From positions 1-37,662 of IMG/VR virus record IMGVR_UViG_3300048861_000272: a stretch of 37,662 bases of DNA. One strand, 5' to 3'. Shown one piece after another: positions 26,520 to 35,404 of the stretch; the first letter of the stretch is position 1; each line of letters opens with the position of its first letter. The DNA is from a virus. Its lineage: Duplodnaviria; Caudoviricetes. Below the pieces are notes generated by a model, which saw only the letters and a program-made list of their open reading frames with translations, did not search any database and was not told the origin of the DNA. The translations under genes and the position numbers were made by a program.

Positions 26520-27179
26520 TTGAGCGCCTTCTACGACTACATCGACGAGATACTAGGGGCGGCTGACGACGTGACGGACATCGTCTGCACGGCGCGGAAA
26601 TGCTGGTTCTACGACTTCAAGGATGAGCCTGTCCGCCTCTGGGACGGGCAGGGCAATTTCACGGACAGCGACGGCAACGAGTGGCTTGGCACCATGAACG
26701 CCGAGGGCGGCACGATGCACAAGACGCCTTCGTTGCAGGACGGCCGGGACGGTACCAGCGCCACCTACACCTTCTCGTTCAATATCCCCCAAGTGCCGGG
26801 AGAGGATATCCTTGCGCTCTACGAAGGCCTGAAGTCCGAACAAGACAAGGTCTATGGCCGCAAGCTCACCTGCTACATCGTCATCTTCAAAGAGGGCGAA
26901 GGCCTGCGCCCCGGCATACCGATCAGCTTCTACAAGGAGTTGATCATGTTCAGCCCGCTGTTTTCAGAGCAAGTCGCCCGCAACGCTGATGGCACCATCG
27001 TCAAGACCTATACCGCCTCGATCAAGGCGAAGGATAACAACAACGGCCGCAGCGAGACTCCGAACCGTACCTATGCCGACACGATGCAGAAGCGTCGTGC
27101 TACCGAGCTCGGCGTGACGCTCGATCGGGGCTGCGAATATCTCGCGCTGCTAGCCAACCGCACGTACACGGTGCCCTGA
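26520..27179 (+). CDS. Minor tail / tail-tip protein
   Basis: TTG start; VRLWDGQG...YADTMQKRR...DRGCEY; position. Confidence 0.75.
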   Translation: MSAFYDYIDEILGAADDVTDIVCTARKCWFYDFKDEPVRLWDGQGNFTDSDGNEWLGTMNAEGGTMHKTPSLQDGRDGTSATYTFSFNIPQVPGEDILALYEGLKSEQDKVYGRKLTCYIVIFKEGEGLRPGIPISFYKELIMFSPLFSEQVARNADGTIVKTYTASIKAKDNNNGRSETPNRTYADTMQKRRATELGVTLDRGCEYLALLANRTYTVP

Positions 27180-27577
27180 TGGACGCCGTGGACGAGACGC
27201 TGCGCGATTGGCGGCGGCATCCCCATCAGTATGGCGTCAACGACTGCGTCCTGTCTGCGGCTGCGTATTTCATCCGCGCAGGGTCAGCATCCGAAATGCC
27301 ATGGTTCATGGGCACCTATGGCGATGCCAGCGAAGCCGAGGCGCTTCTCACCGAGCTCGGCGGCATGGAAGCTGTCATGGAAATGGTCGGCGGCACTTTG
27401 GTTGATGAGCGACCGCAGCGCGGCGATATAATCGGGCTGCTCGCGGAGACGGATTACGTGATTCCAGTTCTCTGCACAGGGGATAGTGTCGCCGCGCGCT
27501 TGGAGCGTGGCGTCGCTGAGGTGCGTCTCGGTTTCGTCAAATGGCGGGGCGTATGGCGCGCCATGGAGGCGCGCTGA
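27179..27577 (+). CDS. NlpC/P60-like tail assembly protein (DUF6950-like)
   Basis: YGVNDCVLSAA and PQRGDI motifs; position before the tail-tip gene. Confidence 0.75.
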   Translation: MDAVDETLRDWRRHPHQYGVNDCVLSAAAYFIRAGSASEMPWFMGTYGDASEAEALLTELGGMEAVMEMVGGTLVDERPQRGDIIGLLAETDYVIPVLCTGDSVAARLERGVAEVRLGFVKWRGVWRAMEAR

Positions 27578-27578
27578 C

Positions 27579-29720
27579 GTGGGCTTTATCAAGAAAATCG
27601 TAGCGCTCGTAGCCATCGCGGCGCTGATTTATTTCACTTTCGGCGCTGGCGGGCTGGTTGCGAGCGGGGCGCTTGGTTCTGGCTTTCTGGCGACTCTGAT
27701 TGGCACTGTCATCGTTGCCACAGGCACGTTTCTGATTCAGGCGGTCCTTGGCATAGGTGCTAAAGCCCCATCCGTAGAGGACGCCAAGACCAACGTCCGC
27801 ATTCCCGACCCTCCCCGCTGGATCAACGCCGGTCGCGCCCGCTCGGGCGGCGGCGCGCTGTTCGGCGAGTTCGATAGTCAGGGTCGGTTCTGGTACATCA
27901 TCGTCCATGCCGACGAGATTTTGCAGCCCGGCTTCTCGCACTTTCTCGACGACGAAGCGGTCACGCTCGACGCGAACCACTACGTCATTCAGAAGGAGTT
28001 TCGGCTCAAGACCAACAAGGACAAGGACCCGGCCGAGTTCGATGGTGACGGCAGGGGCTACGTCCGTATCTGGACAACGACCTACAGCGAGACCGATCCG
28101 ACGCCGCCCCGCATCGCCGCGCTGGACAGCGAGTTCCCGTCCAAATGGACCAGTGATCATCGGCTGGTAGGCACGACCTTCTCCGTCATCTGCATGGACG
28201 CGCTCAAGGTCGAGAACCGCTACAAAATCTATCGCTGGCGCGGCCCGTTCGGCCTCGGCGAACCCGCCGTCAACGTGCTCGGCGATTGGGCCAACATGTA
28301 TGATCCGCGCGACACGTCGCAGGTTCTCGGCAACCGTTCGACCTACAAGCCGAGCCGCAACGCCGCGCTGGTGTGGGCGTGGTTCCGCACGCACAAGTTC
28401 GGGCGCCGCAAGCCCGAGAGCAGCATCAATTGGGATCGCATCGCCGAGCAGGCGGACATCTGTGATCAGACCGTCGTCGGCATCGAGAGCACGCAAAAGC
28501 GCTATGAGTGCGGCACGGCGATCGTGGACACGAAGATGCGCGCCGACGCCGAGCGCGAAATCCTCCTCTCGATGGATGGCGAGATCGTCTATGACGAGGA
28601 CGGCAAATCGTGGTGCCGCGCAGGCTACTGGTATGAGCCGACGCTGTCGTTCAGCCGCAACCGTGACATCATGGCCATGTCGTCCGTCGAGGCGCAGGAC
28701 GGCGAGAGCGTCACGCAGGGCGTGATCGTCAACTACATGGAGCCAGAGGCAAACTACACCTCGCAGCCGTCCGCTGCATGGCTCAACCCGATCTATTACG
28801 ACCCGACGCAGACGCCGCAGTTCCTGACGGTCGATATCCTGACCTGCCAGAGCCACAACCAGGCCATGCGACTGGCAAAAGGCATCGGCCTGCGCTCGCA
28901 GCCCCGCCACAAGATCGGCCCGACCGTGAATCTGCGCGGACTGCGCGCGCGGCAGGAGCGGATCGTCAAGATTAACTACGACAACACCTTCGCGGGCGAC
29001 TACGAGATAGCAGCCCCGGTCGAGATGGACGCAACCGGCATCATGACCGGCTTCGGGGCGGTTCCGATCACGTCGAGCCGCTGGACGCTCCTGCCCGGCG
29101 AAGAACAGCCGAAGCCCGTGGTGGACGGCAGTTCCACCGCAGTGACCTATCCCGCCATCGTCGGCGCTAACGCCTACTATCAGGATGGCACGCTGAAGGT
29201 CGATTTCCCCGATCCTGACCGCGACGATGCCACCTATGTGGCTGAGTATATCCTAACCTCCGCCATCACGGGCAGCGACAGCGATCCGTGGACGCCGATG
29301 GCGATCAACCTCAACACGGCGGTCAGCGGCGTCGTGCCGGCGGGTGTCAGCTATACGATCCGCTACCGCTACGTCGTCGGCTCAGGCAACGGGCCCGGCT
29401 GGCAATACGCCGTCGTCTCGCCAGTCGATGCGCTGCCGTCCAGTACGAACCTGACGGTCGCAGGCGGCACCGGACAAGCGGTGGTGACGTGGAAGAACCC
29501 CAATGATCTGCGGTTCTTCTCGTCCGACGTGTGGCGGGGGACGACCTCCGATTTTGGATCGGCGACGAAGATTGTTCCGAGCTACGGCGGCGGCGTCGGG
29601 CAGGTCCAGTCGATCACCGACACCGTGGCGGCGGGCTCCTATAACTATTGGGTCGTGGCGACCGATGGCGATGCGCTGGACGCGACGCCGACCGGGCCTG
29701 TCAGCGGGACCGTGACATGA
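27579..29720 (+). CDS. Central tail-tip / host-specificity protein (J-like) with FN3-like C-terminal domains
   Basis: GTG at 27579; YDPRD...SRNAAL and CQSHNQAMRLAK motifs; C-terminal VTWKNPND...YNYWV. Confidence 0.85.
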   Translation: MGFIKKIVALVAIAALIYFTFGAGGLVASGALGSGFLATLIGTVIVATGTFLIQAVLGIGAKAPSVEDAKTNVRIPDPPRWINAGRARSGGGALFGEFDSQGRFWYIIVHADEILQPGFSHFLDDEAVTLDANHYVIQKEFRLKTNKDKDPAEFDGDGRGYVRIWTTTYSETDPTPPRIAALDSEFPSKWTSDHRLVGTTFSVICMDALKVENRYKIYRWRGPFGLGEPAVNVLGDWANMYDPRDTSQVLGNRSTYKPSRNAALVWAWFRTHKFGRRKPESSINWDRIAEQADICDQTVVGIESTQKRYECGTAIVDTKMRADAEREILLSMDGEIVYDEDGKSWCRAGYWYEPTLSFSRNRDIMAMSSVEAQDGESVTQGVIVNYMEPEANYTSQPSAAWLNPIYYDPTQTPQFLTVDILTCQSHNQAMRLAKGIGLRSQPRHKIGPTVNLRGLRARQERIVKINYDNTFAGDYEIAAPVEMDATGIMTGFGAVPITSSRWTLLPGEEQPKPVVDGSSTAVTYPAIVGANAYYQDGTLKVDFPDPDRDDATYVAEYILTSAITGSDSDPWTPMAINLNTAVSGVVPAGVSYTIRYRYVVGSGNGPGWQYAVVSPVDALPSSTNLTVAGGTGQAVVTWKNPNDLRFFSSDVWRGTTSDFGSATKIVPSYGGGVGQVQSITDTVAAGSYNYWVVATDGDALDATPTGPVSGTVT

Positions 29721-29863
29721 CGGTCCAGGCTAACCCAGTGATCGGCGCGATGGTACGCAAGGACGGGAAGTTGCAGCCGGTGGAGGGCAGCGATCCATCG
29801 GCGCCGGGAACGTACCGCGAGGCGGCCGTGCCACCTAACCCACCACCACAAGGCACGCCCTAG
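29717..29863 (+). CDS. 48-aa hypothetical protein with Pro-rich C-terminus
   Basis: ATGA coupling; MTVQANPVIG...VPPNPPPQGTP. Confidence 0.55.
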   Translation: MTVQANPVIGAMVRKDGKLQPVEGSDPSAPGTYREAAVPPNPPPQGTP

Positions 29864-29887
29864 CACTTTCCGATTGTTTCAACACGC

Positions 29888-29931
29888 TTGTCTAAAATGT
29901 CGTGCACAGCTATGCTGACGGCACGATATTT
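29888..29931 (+). promoter_or_regulatory. Sigma70-like promoter overlapped by an 11-bp inverted repeat
   Basis: TTGTCT-N17-TATGCT at 29888-29916; AAATGTCGTGC (29895-29905) and GCACGATATTT (29921-29931) flank the -10. Confidence 0.55.
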
Positions 29932-29945
29932 CCGAAGGGTGCGGC

Positions 29946-32501
29946 GTGAGCGCAATCGACACACTCAGGGACGCGCTTTTCGGCTCCCCGCCCGATCCGA
30001 ATATGGAGCCCTCGCGAGAGGGACTGTTGGCGGCGTTCGCGGAGCTTGCTGGCGACGTGCAAGGCGTGCTCACTGGCGCCACCCCCTACGCAACCGCTTC
30101 CGCCCTCCCCGCCTCGACCGGTAGCAACAAGATCTACCTCGTCACCAGCGATCCGACCGTCGCTAATAATGGGTACTGGCAGGATCAGTCCGGCGGCAAC
30201 ACGATCCTGACGGCGCTGAATGCGGCTTTTAAGGGCACCCCTGGCACGATGGCCGGCGCGACGAAAACCGACATGCTTGCCGGCACGTCATCGGTGCTGG
30301 CTGTCACGCCCTCGTCCCTGTCCGCCGCCAGCCTATTCCAGAACGTCTGGCCCGACCCGTTCGGCGAGCAGCTTCCGCTCCGACCGATGCTCGGGAACCG
30401 CGTCAACGCGGCCTATGGCGGCACTGCCATCGCGGTAGATGCGGCAAGTCCCTGGGGAAAGGGCAGCGTCACGGCGACGGGCTCCAACGTCGCTCAGCGG
30501 ATCGTCACGATCGGCGACTTGAACGCCAAGGCCGGCGACATTCTCTCACTACGCGTCTCGGCGAACTTCAGCAGCACTGGCGGCTCGGTTTCGGCGTTCT
30601 TCCGCGATGCGTCGGGAGCAAGCCTGTCGCCGGGGCCGATTTCCGTCACCGGGCTCGCCTCGGGCTTGCTGGACGTGCCACTACCTTCGACCGTCATTCC
30701 CGCGAACACGGCGACGATCGAACTGCGCGCCACCCTCTCGGGCGGCACGAAGATTATCTTCGCCGTCGCGGCTGCAATCGGCGCGTATCAACCGGCCTTC
30801 ATCGCCGCTGCCAAGCCCGGCTCGCTCACGAATGTCGTCCAAACGCAGAAGAACCTATGGGAAGACCCGTTTCTTCGTCGCTACGTGGCCGGTGCCCGGT
30901 TCCGCTCTGGTGGCTGGGGCTTTTCCGAGTTGGCCGGCGTATCTATCCCGGCCATCGTCACTACGAATTCGACAAGCCCGTTTCCGACCAAGAACGTCAT
31001 TCGCCTGCCCACTGGCGCGGCTGCGGTAAATATCAACTTCGATCTGCGCACGATCGGGCTGAAGGCCGGGGACAAGGTCACTGTCGCCGCGATGGTCTAC
31101 TCGGCTCAGGCGGTCCCGCTCGATATCATCATGCGCGACGGCAGCAACGCGGTCATCGGCACGACGATGCGGCAGACGACGACGTTCATCGCGGCTGGCT
31201 GGCAGCAGATCACGATGACTTACACCATCACACAAACGATGGTGGACACTGGCGTCTACGGGCAGTTGCGCTGGTTCGCCACGGGTTCGGTTGGCGCCAC
31301 GCCGGTCGATATCACCGGCCTGTCGCTATTCGTCAACGACACGCAGCCGCTCATCTACGACGATTGCTACCTTGACGACATGGCCGCGATCGAGCGGCAC
31401 CGTGCGCCGGGCTTCGGCTACAACCGGATGCGCGAGACGCACAAGCGGATCATGGCGCTCAAGATGGGCGCGGCTGCGGTTCTGACGACGCAGCTGTCCA
31501 TCGCACTGATCGGCGACAGCTATACGCATTTGCCGCAGCGGGCCTCCGGTCCATACGTGGCCTATATGCAGGGCGCCTATGGCGATGCTGGCTATGGCTT
31601 CGTCGGTTTCGGCAACCCGGATGCCGGACAAGGCAACATCAACGGGACCAACTGGAAGGGGCTGACGGTCACGACGGTCGGCACTTGGACGACATCCTAC
31701 GCCACTGGCTACGGTCCCGACGCCTGCCAAGTCACGGCCTCTGGCGCGGCCAACATCTACAAGGTCAACAATATCGTCGCCGGCAATGGTCTGACGATCA
31801 ACATCCTCGCGCAGCCAGTCGCCAGCACCAGCTACGATTGGTCGATCGACGGCGGCACGACGTGGACGACCGTGGACGCTTCGACCGGCACGAACATCAA
31901 CAACACGACGCTGACAGGCCTGCCGACGACCGGCGCCTTCGCAGTCTGGATCAGGCCGAATGCCGGCTCGCCGGTTCTCTACGGTCTCGACTTGCGCAAC
32001 ACTGCCAAGGGCGTGCGCATCAACAAGCTCGGCGCGACAGGCTCGTCGGCAGCGCAGTGGGCGGCTCGCGTCGTAGATCCCAAGTGGCAGGCTTCTATCG
32101 CTGCGCTCAATCCCGATCAGGTCCGCATCATGCTCGGGCCGAACGACCAGACCAGCAGCACGCTACCCAATGTCTTTGCCGGCTATATCCAGACCATTGT
32201 AACCGCGGTGCAAACCGCCTGCCCGCGCGCCGACATCCTGATCATGGTGCCGGAGGAAAATCAGCGCACATCCAACCTTGTCGAGATGGCGGCATATGCA
32301 GCGGCGGTTCGCGCGGTGGCGATCACCAGCGGCACAGCCTTTCGCCATCTCCAACAGGACTATGGCGCCCAGGCAGCGGACTACTCCTCGACCAGCACCC
32401 GCCCTTGGCACGCGAGCGACAACATCCACCCCGACCCGGCGAACGATGGCGGATTCCCGATCGTGAATGCCGAGCGAGACATCGCGGAGCGCACAGCATG
32501 A
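29946..32501 (+). CDS. Receptor-binding tail fibre/spike with two carbohydrate-binding-like modules and a C-terminal SGNH/GDSL esterase
   Basis: Repeated NVWPDPF / NLWEDPF domain starts; SGNH blocks IGDSYT, LGATG, LGPND and DNIHP. Confidence 0.85.
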   Translation: MSAIDTLRDALFGSPPDPNMEPSREGLLAAFAELAGDVQGVLTGATPYATASALPASTGSNKIYLVTSDPTVANNGYWQDQSGGNTILTALNAAFKGTPGTMAGATKTDMLAGTSSVLAVTPSSLSAASLFQNVWPDPFGEQLPLRPMLGNRVNAAYGGTAIAVDAASPWGKGSVTATGSNVAQRIVTIGDLNAKAGDILSLRVSANFSSTGGSVSAFFRDASGASLSPGPISVTGLASGLLDVPLPSTVIPANTATIELRATLSGGTKIIFAVAAAIGAYQPAFIAAAKPGSLTNVVQTQKNLWEDPFLRRYVAGARFRSGGWGFSELAGVSIPAIVTTNSTSPFPTKNVIRLPTGAAAVNINFDLRTIGLKAGDKVTVAAMVYSAQAVPLDIIMRDGSNAVIGTTMRQTTTFIAAGWQQITMTYTITQTMVDTGVYGQLRWFATGSVGATPVDITGLSLFVNDTQPLIYDDCYLDDMAAIERHRAPGFGYNRMRETHKRIMALKMGAAAVLTTQLSIALIGDSYTHLPQRASGPYVAYMQGAYGDAGYGFVGFGNPDAGQGNINGTNWKGLTVTTVGTWTTSYATGYGPDACQVTASGAANIYKVNNIVAGNGLTINILAQPVASTSYDWSIDGGTTWTTVDASTGTNINNTTLTGLPTTGAFAVWIRPNAGSPVLYGLDLRNTAKGVRINKLGATGSSAAQWAARVVDPKWQASIAALNPDQVRIMLGPNDQTSSTLPNVFAGYIQTIVTAVQTACPRADILIMVPEENQRTSNLVEMAAYAAAVRAVAITSGTAFRHLQQDYGAQAADYSSTSTRPWHASDNIHPDPANDGGFPIVNAERDIAERTA

Positions 32502-32800
32502 GCAAGCAGCCACAGGCTGACGATCAGGTCGCCTATAAGTCGAGCATCACCGGCGTTGACGATGGGATATACCGCGTCGCTTTGGTGAAGGCCCAACCAC
32601 CTGTCGCGCTCACGGCGGAGATGGAAGAAGCCGGCCACGCGATCGAGGATCATCCTGACTACGGGTGGGTCGATCCCTCAGTCGGCGTCTACCTGATGCT
32701 GATCAGCAGCCACGGCGACCACTTCATACACGGGCCGGTGCCCGAGAGCGGGACAGCCATCGCCAATGCTACCGGCGGAAGCTGGTCGTGGCCCGCATGA
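32498..32800 (+). CDS. Hypothetical protein, 100 aa
   Basis: ATGA coupling to the fibre gene; MSKQPQADD...GGSWSWPA. Confidence 0.7.
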   Translation: MSKQPQADDQVAYKSSITGVDDGIYRVALVKAQPPVALTAEMEEAGHAIEDHPDYGWVDPSVGVYLMLISSHGDHFIHGPVPESGTAIANATGGSWSWPA

Positions 32801-32836
32801 CCCCGCACCGGGCGGACCCCCGGCAGGAGAATGAAG

Positions 32837-32926
32837 ATGGCAACGCAGCCTCCGGTGCCCGTACCGCCCGAGCCGGATTCGGGTGGTACGCCGATCAAGC
32901 CCCCGCCCAAGCCGCCGGGGACCTGA
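32837..32926 (+). CDS. Pro-rich micropeptide A, 29 aa (MATQPPVPVPPEPDSGGTPIKPPPKPPGT)
   Basis: AGGAG SD at 32825-32829, 7 nt before the ATG; shares PDSGGTPI with the next ORF. Not in the ORF track. Confidence 0.72.
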   Translation: MATQPPVPVPPEPDSGGTPIKPPPKPPGT

Positions 32927-32927
32927 C

Positions 32928-33038
32928 ATGTCCGTGATCATCGCCTTCCTGCTCGGCATCGCCGCACCTGATCCGGGTCCGCATCCGGACAGTGGCGGTA
33001 CGCCGATCTCGCAGCCCGTCCCGCCTGTGAGCGGCTGA
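32928..33038 (+). CDS. Pro-rich micropeptide B, 36 aa (MSVIIAFLLGIAAPDPGPHPDSGGTPISQPVPPVSG)
   Basis: Starts 1 nt after the peptide A stop; TGATG overlap with the downstream gene; hydrophobic leader plus PDSGGTPI core. Confidence 0.72.
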   Translation: MSVIIAFLLGIAAPDPGPHPDSGGTPISQPVPPVSG

Positions 33039-33481
33039 TGGACTTCGGCGACATCCTCCTGGTCTCGGTATTCGGTGCGATGGCTTTCGCCTCGCTGGCG
33101 TTTGCGTTGCGCTCGACCAGCCGTGATCGGGAGGATTGCGTCAAGCTGGCCTTGGTCCTGATCATCGCGTGGTCGTTCAGCAACATCGGCTGGCTCTTCA
33201 TGAACCCGCTACGGGTCAATTCAGCGGTGGACGTGCTGACGCTCGGCTTCTGCCTGTTCAATTTTCGCGCCCTGAGCGGCTGGCGCGCCGGTTTCGTGCT
33301 GGTCGTCGTCCTGCAAGTCGGGATCGATATCTACCGTGAGCTTGCGCCCACGGACTTCACCTTCTGGGCCTTGGTATTGAACGCCACCTTCGGCTTGCAG
33401 ACCGTCATCGTGGCGTTGGGGGCTAGCAATGGTTGGTATCGTCTGTCTCGCGTGCCTGGCGGTCGTCGTGATCCGGTGTGA
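33038..33481 (+). CDS. Integral membrane protein, about 5 TM helices
   Basis: Five hydrophobic stretches with intramembrane polar residues (WSFSN, VDV, LQVGID, LNATFGLQ). Confidence 0.8.
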   Translation: MDFGDILLVSVFGAMAFASLAFALRSTSRDREDCVKLALVLIIAWSFSNIGWLFMNPLRVNSAVDVLTLGFCLFNFRALSGWRAGFVLVVVLQVGIDIYRELAPTDFTFWALVLNATFGLQTVIVALGASNGWYRLSRVPGGRRDPV

Positions 33482-34002
33482 GCAGTGGAGGCGCGGACGC
33501 CGTGGATGATCTGGCCGGCATCTTCGGCAAGATCACGTGGGGTTCTGTCCCGACGTGGATTCAGGTTTGCATCCTGCTGCTCATTCTGTGGAAGGGTGTG
33601 CCGGCGTTTCTCGACGCCATCTCCAACCGTCAGAGCAAGGTCGAAGAGCGGATGGAGGCGCGTCTCAAGGATTCGGACGAACGCTATCTCAAGCAGATCG
33701 AGGCGGCCGACAGGCGCCACGAGGATTGCATGAAGGCGAACGAGACCCTTTCCGAGCGGATCGACGCGCTGGAGGAGCGGGACGCGAAGAAGTCCAAGAT
33801 CATCGCCGAGAATGGCGACCTGCTCGTCGTGGCGCAGCAGACGATCGTGAAGCAGTCGGAGGAGATAGCCGGCCTCAAGCGCCAGATCGTCCAGATGCAG
33901 GTCTCTACGCTGCGCGTCGCGCCTCACACAGCGGCAGACGGCGTGATGGACCACATGCTGACCCAGCTTGATCAGGTCGCCAGCAAGAGGGCTTCGTCGT
34001 GA
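33478..34002 (+). CDS. Single-TM coiled-coil protein (holin- or spanin-like candidate)
   Basis: WIQVCILLLILWKG TM followed by a long coiled coil; directly before the endolysin. Confidence 0.65.
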   Translation: MSSGGADAVDDLAGIFGKITWGSVPTWIQVCILLLILWKGVPAFLDAISNRQSKVEERMEARLKDSDERYLKQIEAADRRHEDCMKANETLSERIDALEERDAKKSKIIAENGDLLVVAQQTIVKQSEEIAGLKRQIVQMQVSTLRVAPHTAADGVMDHMLTQLDQVASKRASS

Positions 34003-34442
34003 CCCAGCCATCCTCCGAAATCGTCAAAGCCGCCCGCGCTGCACAGGCCAAGTACAAGGTGCCAGCCTCGATAAGCCTTGCGCAATGGGCGCTGGAGTCG
34101 GGCTGGGGCAATCACATGCCGGCCGGCTCGAACAACCCGTTCGGTATCAAGGCCCTCCCCGGTCAGCCTCATGTCACCGTACCGACGCGCGAGGTGGACA
34201 AGTACGGACGCTCGATCACGATCAACGCCGGGTTCCGCAAGTTCGAGAGCGTAGCGGAGGCGTTCGACCTCCATGCCCGGCTGCTCGCAACCGCGCCGAT
34301 CTACCAGCCGGCGCGCGATGCCCTGCCCGATCCCTTCGCTTTCGCGGACGAGCTGACCGGGCGCTACGCCACCGATCCGCACTACGGGAGCCTGCTCGGC
34401 TCGATCATGCGCGGGTCCAATCTGACGAGGTATGACGCATGA
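33999..34442 (+). CDS. Endolysin, GH73 glucosaminidase (FlgJ-like)
   Basis: LAQWALESGWG, NNPFGIKA, FRKF and YATDPHY motifs. Confidence 0.92.
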   Translation: MTQPSSEIVKAARAAQAKYKVPASISLAQWALESGWGNHMPAGSNNPFGIKALPGQPHVTVPTREVDKYGRSITINAGFRKFESVAEAFDLHARLLATAPIYQPARDALPDPFAFADELTGRYATDPHYGSLLGSIMRGSNLTRYDA

Positions 34443-34768
34443 CCGACAACCCCGATCGCTTCCAGTTCTATGCGTTCATCGCGACGCTGGTCGCCCTGGC
34501 CTTCGTGTTCGATAGCGCCTTGGTCGCAGCGTCGATCAACGGCGGCATCATGGGCAAGCTGGAGGTGTTCGGCCTCGGCACCATCACGGGCGGCCTGATC
34601 GGCGTCTTGAAGGCTCCCACGCGCTCGACCGGCGCCAGCGATGCCACGGTAAGCGCGGCGCTGAACAAGTTGCCCGACGCGCCACCCGTGCCGGCAATCA
34701 CCCCCGTCGTCATCCAGCAACCCGCAGACCAGCCGGTGCCTGTCGCGCCGGCCAATGAAGGAGCCTGA
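34439..34768 (+). CDS. Two-TM membrane protein, putative holin
   Basis: Two hydrophobic segments then a Pro-rich tail; coupled to the endolysin gene. Confidence 0.6.
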   Translation: MTDNPDRFQFYAFIATLVALAFVFDSALVAASINGGIMGKLEVFGLGTITGGLIGVLKAPTRSTGASDATVSAALNKLPDAPPVPAITPVVIQQPADQPVPVAPANEGA

Positions 34769-34771
34769 ACC

Positions 34772-35149
34772 ATGTCCCTACTCGGCATCCACCTCGCCCT
34801 GCTCAATGACGAGCAGCACGCCATCGTCAAAGCCGCGCTGAAGGACGCCGGCCACGATCTCGAAACCTTCGCCGGCTCCGAGGTGGATAAGCTGGTCGCG
34901 GCGACCAAGGTCAAGTTTCCGGATCTAGTGGCCGACATGCAGCGGATCATCGACAGCCTCAAGTCGTCCAGCATGTCGAGCAGCGACAAGCTGTTCGCGG
35001 TGGCGACTGAAGCGCTTGAAGCCGCGCCCGACGTGATCAAGGCCCTGCCCGATGCCAAGTCCTTCCTGATCCAGCTCGGGCAGTCGGTGTTCACCGATGG
35101 CTTGGCGGAGTTGAAGGCTGAGGCGGGTAAGGTGCTGGCGGCGTTGTGA
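34772..35149 (+). CDS. Hypothetical helical protein in the lysis region
   Basis: AAGGAG SD, host-like codon usage, 125 aa. Confidence 0.75.
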   Translation: MSLLGIHLALLNDEQHAIVKAALKDAGHDLETFAGSEVDKLVAATKVKFPDLVADMQRIIDSLKSSSMSSSDKLFAVATEALEAAPDVIKALPDAKSFLIQLGQSVFTDGLAELKAEAGKVLAAL

Positions 35150-35177
35150 TGGCGCAGGATAGCTGGGGCGGCCTTAC

Positions 35178-35402
35178 GTGGGCCTCCTAACTCGCCGCCA
35201 CCTCGCACCGGGCGAGCATGCCTATGTCGATGGCGCGGGCAACCTCCGCCAGTATTTCTGCGTCCGCGTGCGCACGGGGCCGGACCTGTCGCCCGACGAT
35301 CGAGAGGAAGGCCCGATCTTCCGCACCGATGGCAAGGCTCAAGAATACGCGGATATGCTGAATGGGGTTGGGCGGTTCGAGTATGGGATGGGAGCGGTGT
35401 AG
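35178..35402 (+). CDS. Hypothetical protein, 74 aa
   Basis: Open frame with high GC3 codon pattern; start uncertain. Confidence 0.5.
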   Translation: MGLLTRRHLAPGEHAYVDGAGNLRQYFCVRVRTGPDLSPDDREEGPIFRTDGKAQEYADMLNGVGRFEYGMGAV

Positions 35403-35404
35403 GC

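Noticed and set aside
5813-28910. Long antisense ORFs (e.g. 5813-7051, 11559-12956, 18027-18944, 22879-23904, 27537-28910)
   Set aside because: They mirror real genes in high-GC DNA and lack motifs or ribosome-binding sites.
29717-29863. Third member of the PDSGGTPI peptide family
   Set aside because: It is Pro-rich and ends in GTP, but lacks the DSGG core and is coupled to the tail-tip gene.
32831-32839. Lambda S-like dual start (ATG AAG ATG, Met-Lys-Met) on micropeptide A
   Set aside because: The first ATG is only 1 nt from the AGGAG SD and the product has no TM segment. Probably coincidental, though not excluded.
29946-33038. Diversity-generating retroelement or invertible tail-fibre cassette
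   Set aside because: No reverse transcriptase, invertase or template/variable repeat pair was seen. The short 32874-32896 / 32985-33007 similarity is explained by the shared peptide core.
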